Virus record (IMG/VR): IMGVR_UViG_3300021420_000001
Coordinates: 47,481 to 111,480 of that record
Source of the DNA: a virus
DNA length: 64,000 nucleotides
Reading direction: 5' to 3' (one strand)
A program made the translations under genes and the position numbers. Numbering within the stretch: the stretch's first letter is position 1; every line of letters begins with the position of its first letter. Positions 47,323-56,397 of this stretch are shown piece after piece. The notes under the pieces were generated by a model, which was not told where the DNA came from, did no database searches, and saw only the letters and a list, made by a program, of their open reading frames with translations.

Positions 47323-47811
47323 ATGTCCCATTTCCAGACCATTATCGACTTGTTACCTTCACTCACGAACGAAGAGCTCAATCAACTGTTGATCCGTACC
47401 AAATTCCTTTTCAGCCCCATCGCCAATAACCAATCCGATGAATCCTGGGTCCTGCAATGTATTTGTGACTGCCTTTCCAGTAAAGGCGTAGAATTTGCTT
47501 CGGTTCCCTTTCTCCTGAAATCCCCTGACATTGGTTCCTTTCGTGATAAATTGCCTGGCGTATTACGTTATCTGGAAGGTTCCGGATTGCAACGTAATGA
47601 ACGCAAAGCGGTCCTGACCCTGGGAATACAAGGTCTTTACGACAATCTGGTGGAAATGGGTATGCTGGTCTCGGTCCGGGTCGTCCTCCGTCATTTCCAC
47701 AGGATACCTTCGGTGCTGAGCAAGGAGTATCCGGGCTATGCAAAGGCGGGCGTACTCCACAAACTCGTCCAAAGGGAACGTATGAATACTGGCAATGGAC
47801 ATTCACGCTAG
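47323..47811 (+). CDS. hypothetical protein
   Basis: coupled ORF ending ..YPGYAKAG.L. Confidence 0.6.
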   Translation: MSHFQTIIDLLPSLTNEELNQLLIRTKFLFSPIANNQSDESWVLQCICDCLSSKGVEFASVPFLLKSPDIGSFRDKLPGVLRYLEGSGLQRNERKAVLTLGIQGLYDNLVEMGMLVSVRVVLRHFHRIPSVLSKEYPGYAKAGVLHKLVQRERMNTGNGHSR

Positions 47812-47820
47812 GAGATCTCA

Positions 47821-48105
47821 ATGCTTTACAATTCAAAATGGGATGCGAAAGTCAAGCAGAACATCTACGCGCTGCCTACTCTGATCGCGTGGTTGGAGAC
47901 GATGCCGGCTGACCGTACCTACAACTTCACGGATTGCCTCGGCGGCACATGCCTGTTTGGTCAGTATCTGGAAGCCCACGAGGTCGCGTGGAGCCGCGGT
48001 GCGACCTATGTCAAGTTGATAGGTACGGAGTTGGAGGCAATCGCGGCCGAAAAGCCGTGGACCTTTGGTGCCGCTCTTGTCCGTGCCCGCGAGTTGGTTG
48101 AGTAA
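47821..48105 (+). CDS. hypothetical protein
   Basis: SD AGGAG; LIAWLETMPADRTY...CLFGQY...PWTFGAAL.RAR. Confidence 0.65.
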   Translation: MLYNSKWDAKVKQNIYALPTLIAWLETMPADRTYNFTDCLGGTCLFGQYLEAHEVAWSRGATYVKLIGTELEAIAAEKPWTFGAALVRARELVE

Positions 48106-48110
48106 GGGGA

Positions 48111-48917
48111 ATGACTATTGTCTTCAATCAGGACCGCAACGTTCGTCAGAGCGATTACAAACCGCCATCCGAAGGCGCGGTCCTAGTCGTAAAAGCCCCC
48201 TGGGTTACCCTTCAGGGCGAAGGCCCTTATGTTGGTTATCCCGCTATTTTCATTCGATTGGCGGGCTGCAATCTCGGAAAAAAGGACAGCTGTAGTTTCT
48301 GCGATTCCCAGTTCGCTTTCGATAAAGGTACGTGGCGAACGCCGGGAGAATTGGTACTGGCTGTCTACGAAATTGCCAAAGGATATACTTTCCGCGATCG
48401 GCTTGTCGTCCTGACGGGCGGGGAGCCTTTCCTCCAGGAAGTGGCTCCGTTGATTGATCACCTTATTGATGCTGGGTGGACTGTCCAAGCCGAGACGAAT
48501 GGTTTTTTCTGGAACAGTCGTCTCAGTAATCTTTTGACCAAATATCCCAATTCCTTTAAGATCGTAGTTTCTCCCAAGGTCAATCAACGTAAGATCTACC
48601 CGGAATTCAAAGAGGATCTCTTCTACTCTTCGACCTGCCTCAAAATCCTAATAGAGGATGATCCTGGTTCTCCCTACTATCGCATCCCACCATTTGCCTT
48701 TACTTACGCAGACAATTTACGGAAACCGGTGTACATATCTCCGATCAACGCGTATCGTAGAGAGCCCCACCCTAACCAGGAAGTGGTATCATTCTGGGGC
48801 GATAGCCCGCTCGATCCTGAACAGTCTGCACGAAATTACATGTGGGCAGCACATCTCTGTCAGTTGTCCGGATTTCGTCTATCGCTTCAAACCCATCTTT
48901 TCGCCACGGTGGAGTAG
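48111..48917 (+). CDS. queE: 7-carboxy-7-deazaguanine synthase (radical SAM)
   Basis: TLQGEGP..G.PAIFIRLAGCN, CX7CX2C cluster motif, VVLTGGEP, ETNG, VSPK, RLSLQTH. Confidence 0.9.
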   Translation: MTIVFNQDRNVRQSDYKPPSEGAVLVVKAPWVTLQGEGPYVGYPAIFIRLAGCNLGKKDSCSFCDSQFAFDKGTWRTPGELVLAVYEIAKGYTFRDRLVVLTGGEPFLQEVAPLIDHLIDAGWTVQAETNGFFWNSRLSNLLTKYPNSFKIVVSPKVNQRKIYPEFKEDLFYSSTCLKILIEDDPGSPYYRIPPFAFTYADNLRKPVYISPINAYRREPHPNQEVVSFWGDSPLDPEQSARNYMWAAHLCQLSGFRLSLQTHLFATVE

Positions 48918-48919
48918 TC

Positions 48920-49405
48920 ATGCCTCCATGCGTTTTTCAGGACTGGATGCTTCGACTGACTATGCAGCAGCAGTCAATGCTCGTACTTGCCTGTCGCGGG
49001 CCGGATGGCGTGGGTAAGTTTCACCCGACTAAACAAATTGTTGCTAGATATCGAGCAACAGTCCTCAAGGCCGCGTACCTTGGTCGCCCTATGAAAATTG
49101 ATGAAGGCGATGATACAACTTTTATGACTCTTATTCGATTCAGCGAAGATAGTTTTTGGGGCGTAATTGTTCGGGCGTTTTTTGATCACGTCGATGAACT
49201 CCCACATCATTACTATATGCACCTGATGCATGGAGCACAGATCGCCGGCTACAAGCATGACAACCCCCTCATGCGACAAAGATGGCGGTCCTTCTACCTA
49301 CAGTGCTGTCACGATCTTCATCTCTACCCTGAGGGCGAATCTCACATGGACGAACGCCTAGGAGATTGGGGGCATAAATTCTGGGACTCAGAAAGTCTTG
49401 TCTAA
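48920..49405 (+). CDS. conserved phage hypothetical protein
   Basis: QDW...L..QQQ..L..ACRGPDG; PHHY..HL.H. Confidence 0.65.
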   Translation: MPPCVFQDWMLRLTMQQQSMLVLACRGPDGVGKFHPTKQIVARYRATVLKAAYLGRPMKIDEGDDTTFMTLIRFSEDSFWGVIVRAFFDHVDELPHHYYMHLMHGAQIAGYKHDNPLMRQRWRSFYLQCCHDLHLYPEGESHMDERLGDWGHKFWDSESLV

Positions 49406-49567
49406 TTCGCTTATTCTCCAAATCTACTACAAATACAAGGGCGATGTTCAAAGAGTCGCCGATCGCCTTGGCGTTGATTACATGCGGGCAATCCATCTCG
49501 TTGATCAGGCATTGAACGAAACGACCAAAGGTATGGATTTCAGCAAGTATCGTGAGAGGTTGCCGAA

Positions 49568-49852
49568 ATGAGTGGCGGAAGTTTCAACTATCTTTATTCT
49601 GCGGACGCGACGGAACTTTTCTCGTTTCAAAAAGAGTTACGAGAAATGGCAGATGAGTTGACCAATCGAGGCTTCAAAGACGCAGCAACAGAAACCGAAA
49701 GAATACTTGCATATCTCGAACATGCCGAACGTCAAATTCAAGTACGTGCCGATCGTCTAAGTGATATATGGAAAGCAGTCGAATGGCATTGTAGTAATGA
49801 CTATGGGTCCGCTCAGGTCGAGGAAGCTATCAAGAAGTACCGCGCGGAATGA
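49568..49852 (+). CDS. hypothetical protein
   Basis: MSGGSFNYLY...VEW..S.D pattern; coupled to helicase. Confidence 0.65.
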   Translation: MSGGSFNYLYSADATELFSFQKELREMADELTNRGFKDAATETERILAYLEHAERQIQVRADRLSDIWKAVEWHCSNDYGSAQVEEAIKKYRAE

Positions 49853-51288
49853 TTCCCGACAAGCCCCATTCCTACTTGCAACAGAATCTTCTTGCCCTTC
49901 TCTGCCACAACGAGGAATACGGCAAGATCGTTGCCAACCTTGTCGATGCCGCGCTTTACGAAGGGGACTATCGCCTCATAGCGGAACGGGCGATCGAATA
50001 CTGGCGGCTCCATAACGAAGCCCCGAAGATGCACACCGCCGATCTCCTCGGCGACATCCTGACCGACCCGAAAAACAGTCGGGCCCAGACCTTTCGACGC
50101 ATCCTGATTTCCCTACTCGAACTCAATGAATCCATCAATCACACCTACGTCCTGGATTCCATCCAGAACTTCATCGAGACCCAGAAGATCAAGGGCGCCA
50201 TCCTCGACTCGGCCAATCGGATCAATGCCAACCAGGAACTGGCCGTCACCGAGGTCAAGGAGATTTGGTACGATCTCCTCCGTACCCGAGAGGTCAATTT
50301 CGATCCTGGATTACGTCTGAGTCATTACGACAAGGTCATTGCCTACTTCGAACAGAACCAGAATGAGTTCAAGACGGGCGTAAGAGAACTCGATCAACGC
50401 TACATCGTCCCGAGTCGGGGCACGGTCTTTCTGGTCCTGGCACCAGCCGGGTATGGAAAGAGTTGGAGCCTCGTCAATACTGGCGAACAGGCCCTGCAAT
50501 CACGAAAGAAGGTTTGCCACATCTCACTCGAAATGTCGGCCGAAGAAGTCATCCAGCGTTACTACCAGAGACTCTTCGCCGTCCCGAAACGTGACGTCCC
50601 GTCCAATATCACCACATTTCAATTCGAGAATAGTAAATTGACGGGATTCACGGAAATTGCCAACCATCCCGACTTTGCCTTTGATAGTCCTTACGTCCGT
50701 GATGAGCTTAGGAGTCGGATCGACTGGTTGGGGACGCGATGCGATAACATCGTGGTCAAAAGGTTTCCAGGGCGGTCCCTGACCTCCAATGGATTACGCG
50801 CCTATCTGGACAATCTCGAACTCGTCGAACATTTCATCCCGGATATGCTCGTTCTGGATTATATTGGGATCATGGCGACCGACCCCAAGAACCATCGACT
50901 CCATCTAGGACGTAATATGGAGGACTTTCGCGCCATCTGCGTCGAACGCAATATGGCGGGCGTGACCGCGCATCAGATATCACGCGAAGGGGCGCGGTCG
51001 CGGTATTCGCGCGGAACCCATGTTGCGGAGGATTGGTCCTTGATCGCAACCTCGGATAATGTCGTGACCTACTCGCAGACCCAGGGGGAACGTCGTTTCG
51101 GGTTGGCGAGACTGCTCGTCGATAAAGCCCGGTCCGAACAATCCGGCTTCAGCATCTTAATCACGCAATCCTATCATTCGGGCCAGTTCGCACTCGAATC
51201 GGTTTTACTTGAGTCGCGATACGAAGAACTTGTAGAGGAACTGACGAAAGGCGAACGCGAGGACGATGTAGAGTCCGACGATGACTAA
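49849..51288 (+). CDS. dnaB: DnaB-like replicative helicase
   Basis: Walker A APAGYGKS, HISLEMS, LVLDY, TAHQISR, KAR. Confidence 0.88.
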   Translation: MIPDKPHSYLQQNLLALLCHNEEYGKIVANLVDAALYEGDYRLIAERAIEYWRLHNEAPKMHTADLLGDILTDPKNSRAQTFRRILISLLELNESINHTYVLDSIQNFIETQKIKGAILDSANRINANQELAVTEVKEIWYDLLRTREVNFDPGLRLSHYDKVIAYFEQNQNEFKTGVRELDQRYIVPSRGTVFLVLAPAGYGKSWSLVNTGEQALQSRKKVCHISLEMSAEEVIQRYYQRLFAVPKRDVPSNITTFQFENSKLTGFTEIANHPDFAFDSPYVRDELRSRIDWLGTRCDNIVVKRFPGRSLTSNGLRAYLDNLELVEHFIPDMLVLDYIGIMATDPKNHRLHLGRNMEDFRAICVERNMAGVTAHQISREGARSRYSRGTHVAEDWSLIATSDNVVTYSQTQGERRFGLARLLVDKARSEQSGFSILITQSYHSGQFALESVLLESRYEELVEELTKGEREDDVESDDD

Positions 51289-51673
51289 AAAACCGGACCC
51301 CGAACTTCTCAAAGGGATTCGACACTTAGTCGAACTAGGCTATACTGCTTCCCAGATCGCTATCGAACTCCATATGGTCTCGCGTAATGCCGTCATCGGT
51401 ATGTGCCATCGCAATGGCATTGATCTGGGAGGAAAGAAACGCGGAGCTTATACCCGGAAACTGAAACCAGCCCCCAAACCCGTCAAGCTGGCTTTGGTCA
51501 AAGAGTTCGTGACCATACCCAATCCTGAACCGCCAGAACCCGTCGAGATTATGCCTCCAACACCATCCAGACGTAGACAAATGTCGACGTGCTGCTGGTC
51601 GGGCTGTATGAATGAAACAGTGAGAGGAAAGCCCTACTGCGTAATCCACAGTAAAGTAAGTGTCAACCGATAG
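51281..51673 (+). CDS. gcrA: GcrA-like cell-cycle regulator
   Basis: G.TASQIA.EL..VSRNAVIG..HR; C-terminal CCW...GKPYC..H. Confidence 0.8.
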   Translation: MTKKPDPELLKGIRHLVELGYTASQIAIELHMVSRNAVIGMCHRNGIDLGGKKRGAYTRKLKPAPKPVKLALVKEFVTIPNPEPPEPVEIMPPTPSRRRQMSTCCWSGCMNETVRGKPYCVIHSKVSVNR

Positions 51674-51926
51674 CCCTGCGCCACTCTTTGACATCGTTGG
51701 CAACAAACCGGATCGTCGCCCGACTATCGCCATTGATGATAATTGTGGGCATGCCGCGCTTACGCCAATTGTGGACGGTCATGGTCGTCACCTCGAAATG
51801 ACGTGCGACCCGATGGACAGTCCACAGCTTCTTGAGTTCCCGTTGTATGTTCTTGGTGGCAGCAGCTTCTTGCATCTCGATCTTCCTTTCGCGCGATGAT
51901 ATAATTTTCAAATTAGAGTTTTTCAA
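51663..51926 (-). CDS. MerR/excisionase-type HTH protein
   Basis: VARHFEVTTMTVHNWRKRGMP...IRF...DVKEW. Confidence 0.7.
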   Translation of the reverse strand: MKNSNLKIISSRERKIEMQEAAATKNIQRELKKLWTVHRVARHFEVTTMTVHNWRKRGMPTIIINGDSRATIRFVANDVKEWRRAIG

Positions 51927-51936
51927 GGAAAGGTTA

Positions 51937-52686
51937 ATGCAACATTTCTACGTTGGTATTCACCAACTGCCGCTGGCACAACATTTTGATCTATGTTTTA
52001 TTTCAGCAAATATATTGCAAGGGAGAAAGAGTGATTTCAAAGTAAAACGTTGGATTATGGATTCAGGTGCGTTCAGTGAAATCAGTACCTATGGTGAATA
52101 TCGATCCGACGTAGCTACATACGCAAAACTGATTGAACGCTGGGCACAATGCCCAACCCTGGAAGCCGCGGTCGCTCAGGATTACATGTGCGAACCCTTC
52201 ATTCTGAAACGAACCGGACTTGCCGTAAAAGATCATCAACGCATGACGGTAGAACGTTATGATAGACTTCTGCAGCATAATCCCCCTTGTTACATCTTGC
52301 CCGTCATCCAAGGTTGGTTAGCCCACGACTATTTACGGCACCTTGATCAGTACGGAGACCGCTTCAAGAAGGGGATGTATATTGGCATAGGCTCGGTCTG
52401 CAAACGTAACTCGACTGTCCAAAGTGTTGTCTCAATTCTTTCTCTCGTAAAGAATCATCGACCCGATTTACGAATTCATGCCTTTGGTTTGAAGACAACA
52501 GCACTACAAAATACCAACGTCCGACATCTAATTCATTCCGCTGATTCAATGGCCTGGAGTTTCGCTGCGCGGAAAGCGGGCCGCGATGCCAACAGTTGGC
52601 GGGAAGCCAAATCCTTTGAACAGAAAATTCAACTACTAGTTGATCGACCCAGTAGCTATACCGCGCCTATTTGGTTGGTGCGATGA
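51937..52686 (+). CDS. dpdA: TGT-like base-exchange transglycosylase (DpdA-like)
   Basis: MDSGAF, QDYMCE, LPVIQG, IGIGSV, IHAFG, SADSMAW motifs of the TGT barrel; queE and queF in same genome. Confidence 0.7.
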   Translation: MQHFYVGIHQLPLAQHFDLCFISANILQGRKSDFKVKRWIMDSGAFSEISTYGEYRSDVATYAKLIERWAQCPTLEAAVAQDYMCEPFILKRTGLAVKDHQRMTVERYDRLLQHNPPCYILPVIQGWLAHDYLRHLDQYGDRFKKGMYIGIGSVCKRNSTVQSVVSILSLVKNHRPDLRIHAFGLKTTALQNTNVRHLIHSADSMAWSFAARKAGRDANSWREAKSFEQKIQLLVDRPSSYTAPIWLVR

Positions 52687-54233
52687 TACCGAAACGGAAG
52701 ATCAAGGCATTTCTTACGCAGCCCCGCGATGATTTGCGAACGTATAAAAAGCTAACGCTATCTCAGCTCGAAGCGTTGAAGGCCCAACTTCCAGTCCAGC
52801 CTCCGATCTGGAACAAGCTCAAGATTCATCAGAAGGTCGGGTTTCTACTCGGCGCCAAGTACGGGCGTATAGCACTTTGGCTAGACACGGGAACTGGCAA
52901 AAGTTGTTTAAGCATTGCCTTGGCTCGTTATTTCCGGAAACTCAAAACCATCAAGCGATGCCTCATTCTGGTCCCAAACAACATCAATAAATACGAATGG
53001 AAGCGGGAGATCAAAAAGCATTCCCCTGAAACCTCTCACGTCATCCTATCGGGATCATCCTTACAGAAATGGGATCAGCTTCGCAGCAATCAATCGTTCC
53101 TGGTCATCGCGACCTACGCAGGCCTAGTCCGAATGGCCTGCAAGATCGTAAAGAACAAAAAAGGCAAGAACAAACTGGCACCTGATCCCAAACTGGTCCG
53201 AGAACTGGCAAAGGCCTTTGATGGTCTCGTAAACGACGAGTCGACCAGCCTTGGATCGCGATCATCATTAGCGTTCCGCATCTGTCGGCAGATAGGAAAG
53301 AAGGCGCCATTCGTTGCCAACCTATCGGGAACGCCTTTCGGAAGAGACCCGACGCCTCTCTGGGCGCAGATGTTCCTGATCGATGGTGGCGAGTCCCTGG
53401 GTAAGAACCTGGGTCTGTTCCGCGCCGCTTTCTTTACGGCCCAGGAAAACATCTGGTCCGGCTATCCCGAATATACGTTCGACAAGCGCAAGAAGGGTTT
53501 ACTCAACCGTTGCCTGGCCCATCGTTCGATCCGCTATGAAGCTGACAAGGCCGATCTGCCCCCGGTCGTTTCCATCGTCAAATACATTCGTTTGCCTTCT
53601 GACGCCAAGACCTACTATGAGAAGGCAAAGGAACGTTTAATCGCCGCCCACGGTAATTATCAGGAACAGAAGAACTCCTTCTTACGCCTCAGGCAAATAT
53701 CATCAGGCTTCCTTGGTTACAAAGATGACGAGCGCGGCGTAAAGGCGCAAGTCGAGTTCAATCCCAATCCCAAATTGGAAATGCTCCTGAGTATCATCCA
53801 GGCTGCTCAGGCTTCGTATAAAATCTGCGTAATGCATGACTTCATCTTTTCCGGTACAATGATCGCCCGCGAGCTCAAAAAGCTCGGCATCGGTTACGCT
53901 CGAGTTTATGGAAAGACGAAGAAGGAGGCGCCCGAGCAGTTACGTAAATTTGACGAGGACGAGGACTGCCGGGTGTTCATCATCAACTCGGCAGGCGCGT
54001 TCGGGCTAAATCTTCAGCGCGCAAAAGCCATGATTTTTTTTGAGAGTCCGGTCAGCCCGATGATTCGTACCCAAATGGAGCGTCGCGTCGAACGTCAAGG
54101 CTCGACCCACAACAAAGTTTTCCGATACGATCTTCTGACTGAGCACACCGTAGACCAACAAATCCGGGATATGCATGCAGAAGGTAAATCTTTGTTGGAA
54201 GCAATCGTTAATGGGGTTATAATCCCCAAATGA
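52683..54233 (+). CDS. SNF2-family helicase
   Basis: DTGTGKS, DES, LSGTP, LRQISSGF, GLNLQ, Q...RV.RQG. Confidence 0.9.
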   Translation: MIPKRKIKAFLTQPRDDLRTYKKLTLSQLEALKAQLPVQPPIWNKLKIHQKVGFLLGAKYGRIALWLDTGTGKSCLSIALARYFRKLKTIKRCLILVPNNINKYEWKREIKKHSPETSHVILSGSSLQKWDQLRSNQSFLVIATYAGLVRMACKIVKNKKGKNKLAPDPKLVRELAKAFDGLVNDESTSLGSRSSLAFRICRQIGKKAPFVANLSGTPFGRDPTPLWAQMFLIDGGESLGKNLGLFRAAFFTAQENIWSGYPEYTFDKRKKGLLNRCLAHRSIRYEADKADLPPVVSIVKYIRLPSDAKTYYEKAKERLIAAHGNYQEQKNSFLRLRQISSGFLGYKDDERGVKAQVEFNPNPKLEMLLSIIQAAQASYKICVMHDFIFSGTMIARELKKLGIGYARVYGKTKKEAPEQLRKFDEDEDCRVFIINSAGAFGLNLQRAKAMIFFESPVSPMIRTQMERRVERQGSTHNKVFRYDLLTEHTVDQQIRDMHAEGKSLLEAIVNGVIIPK

Positions 54234-54871
54234 AAATAAACCAGACGGACTTTACTAATGAGCGCTTCGGTCGCCTAGTGGTTATAAAACGAGCGCCCAA
54301 TGAACGCAAATACGTTACTACATGGGTTTGTCACTGTGATTGTGGTAGCAAAGTAAATGTTTCTATTTACCGCTTGCTTTCAAAGGAAACGCGAAGCTGT
54401 GGTTGTTTGCATAAAGAGCAATTAATTAAACGATCGACAACCCATAACCATGCCTACACAAAAACGTATACGACATGGGTAAATATGAGAGCGAGGTGCT
54501 TTGATCCGAATAATCCCTCTTACCATCGTTACGGTGGGCGTGGAATCACGGTTTGCCCGCGATGGCTTACTTTTGAAAATTTCTTGGCTGATATGGGTGA
54601 TCGCCCTTCGGGCACATCCATAGAACGCAAAAACAATAACGGCAGTTATGAACCCGAAAATTGTTGCTGGGCCTCCTCGGAAGAACAAGCACGAAACCAT
54701 GGTCTTAGAAAAGATAATAAATCAGGGCACTGTGGGGTTAGAAAATGTTGGAGTAAATGGTTAGCAATTATCAGCGTTAATCAAACGCAAATTATTCTAG
54801 GGCGGTTCAAAAGTAAAGCAGAAGCTATCATTGCTCGAAAGAATGCGGAACATTTCTACTGGAGAAAATAA
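54230..54871 (+). CDS. HNH/AP2-type homing endonuclease
   Basis: FGRLVV, C.CDCG, SCGC, YGGRGITVC.RW..FENF..DMG, SIER.NN...YEP.NC.WA, AP2-like C-terminus; AT-rich. Confidence 0.85.
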   Translation: MKINQTDFTNERFGRLVVIKRAPNERKYVTTWVCHCDCGSKVNVSIYRLLSKETRSCGCLHKEQLIKRSTTHNHAYTKTYTTWVNMRARCFDPNNPSYHRYGGRGITVCPRWLTFENFLADMGDRPSGTSIERKNNNGSYEPENCCWASSEEQARNHGLRKDNKSGHCGVRKCWSKWLAIISVNQTQIILGRFKSKAEAIIARKNAEHFYWRK

Positions 54872-54872
54872 T

Positions 54873-55027
54873 ACAGTGGACGTCCAGATTTGGAGCTAAC
54901 CACAAAGACGGGGGCCGACCTTCTCAAGGCTGTGATCGAGGGGACGGTCGATACCCAGATCAGGCAATTCCACGTAGAGGGTTCGGACCTCCTCCAGGCA
55001 ATCATCAACGGGACAGCCCCAATTTGA
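54873..55027 (+). pseudogene. two relic copies of the SNF2 helicase 3' end
   Basis: TVDVQIWS/NHKDG/ADLLKAVIEG (frameshifted) and TVDTQIRQFHVEGSDLLQAIINGTAPI* versus helicase TVDQQIRDMHAEGKSLLEAIVNGVIIPK*. Confidence 0.8.
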
Positions 55028-55322
55028 GCCCTCTGGGAACCCGCAGAAAGGGTCGTGGACGCGTTCCTTGCCCCTGGACCCTATCTGGGTAGCCCTCTGC
55101 CCCGAAAACGCGTCCTGGACCGTCCCCTGGACTCCCATAAGCATTGCTTATGCCCCATAAACCCAGGAAAAGCTACGTTTCCGGGGCTTTACCTATGTAT
55201 AAAAAGGAGTTGTTCCGGGAACGGGAAAGGTCCATATTACGTATAGGATCTGAGTTGGGAATGGGACAGCGCCACCGATATTAGGGGCCAGAGCCCGAGC
55301 GAGAAAAGTCGCGAACCTGAAC

Positions 55323-55350
55323 TTGACCTGTCTCTCAAAATGGGCATCCT
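55323..55350 (+). promoter_or_regulatory. candidate early promoter TTGACC-N16-CATCCT
   Basis: CTTGAC -35 of alphaproteobacterial type just upstream of the structured leader; -10 weak. Confidence 0.35.
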
Positions 55351-55632
55351 GGAACGCGGCGAGATCAATTTTCATTGACACCGCGCGACCGACTCGACCA
55401 ACCGCCATGCATTTTGCGAATGCCCTTCGCGGCCGTAGTAGCAACTCAATGCAGACGGTGTCAGAAAATTGACGACCTCATCCCTACCACTTTCGAGCAT
55501 CGAAACATGACAGTAGCCTTGGTCGGCGAAAATGCCTGACCTGTTGTGCTCATGCCTCGGTTCCTCGTCACGCAGCTTCAGTGCCGAACCGAGCTTCACG
55601 CAAACCCCGAGATCGCTAGTGGCGGATGTTGT

Positions 55633-55734
55633 ATCTCTCTCTTCTCCTAAAACAGAAAGTGGTCCGCAGTGATGCGCGCCACTCGTTGCACTTGAGCAAT
55701 GCAACCTGATGACGAGCTCACATAGGAGAGAGAT
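55633..55734 (+). ncRNA. type II hammerhead ribozyme candidate with RBS-sequestering flank
   Basis: GAAA 55655-58, stem III with GUGA loop, CUC cleavage triplet ending 55684, stem I GUUGCA/UGCAAC, CUGAUGA 55706-12, loop-I UGAGC pairing GCUCA 55716-20; stem II closing pair is A-C rather than canonical. Confidence 0.7.
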
Positions 55735-55735
55735 C

Positions 55736-55954
55736 ATGGCTAAGGCCTTTGAAGTTCAGAAGTCCAACTATGATGCAGCCCGGCCGTTTGCGGTAGTCGC
55801 AACGTTCCGTAGCTTCAACAAGATCATGGGACGATACGCAGATGAAGCCTCCGCCAAGCGTCGGGCGCGCGTTCTCAACAAACGCAACGCCGATTTGGAT
55901 TATCTCAGCGAACGCCGGACGGTGGTTTTCGCGCTGCCGGAAGTCAATTACTGA
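55736..55954 (+). CDS. early small protein
   Basis: CATAGGAGAGAGA RBS. Confidence 0.75.
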   Translation: MAKAFEVQKSNYDAARPFAVVATFRSFNKIMGRYADEASAKRRARVLNKRNADLDYLSERRTVVFALPEVNY

Positions 55955-55955
55955 G

Positions 55956-56135
55956 ATGGCTAATTGTTGTGATTGTGGGGTTCGGCTTAGCGGCTGGACC
56001 CCACCTCCGCCATTCCGGCCCTTGTGCATGGATTGCGGAAACCGGATGCTGGCTCAAAAATATCTCGCACATCGTTGCGAGCCTGAGCCTGAAGCTAAAC
56101 CTGAGCCGGAGGTTGACGATCGTTATATTTTCTGA
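55956..56135 (+). CDS. early small Cys-rich protein
   Basis: CCDCG...CMDC; ATG follows the previous stop. Confidence 0.5.
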   Translation: MANCCDCGVRLSGWTPPPPFRPLCMDCGNRMLAQKYLAHRCEPEPEAKPEPEVDDRYIF

Positions 56136-56201
56136 ACGCAGCTAGGAAGGTTCTTCGGAACCTTCTCAGGGTGCGTTTATGCACTACATAGGAGAGAGAA
56201 C
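56135..56201 (+). repeat. structured intergenic element E1 + RBS
   Basis: AACGCAGC-TAG-GAAGGTTC(TTCG)GAACCTTC-TCA-GGGTGCGTT; alternative hairpin GTGCG/TGCAC; CATAGGAGAGAGAA. Confidence 0.8.
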
Positions 56202-56396
56202 ATGGACAAACAAACTATGGAAGAGTTTGCAATAGCCGCTGCTCACGGTATAAACGAATTTTTACAATCAATCCGAGGGGCACGAACCCACGCCGACGTG
56301 GTTGTGGAAACGCAACCCGCTATCAGGTTAATAATCAAGTTACCTGATGATACATATTTGGAAATGCCCATCAACGGGCCCCATCATACCTTGTAG
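56202..56396 (+). CDS. early small protein
   Basis: follows E1 RBS. Confidence 0.75.
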   Translation: MDKQTMEEFAIAAAHGINEFLQSIRGARTHADVVVETQPAIRLIIKLPDDTYLEMPINGPHHTL

Positions 56397-56397
56397 T

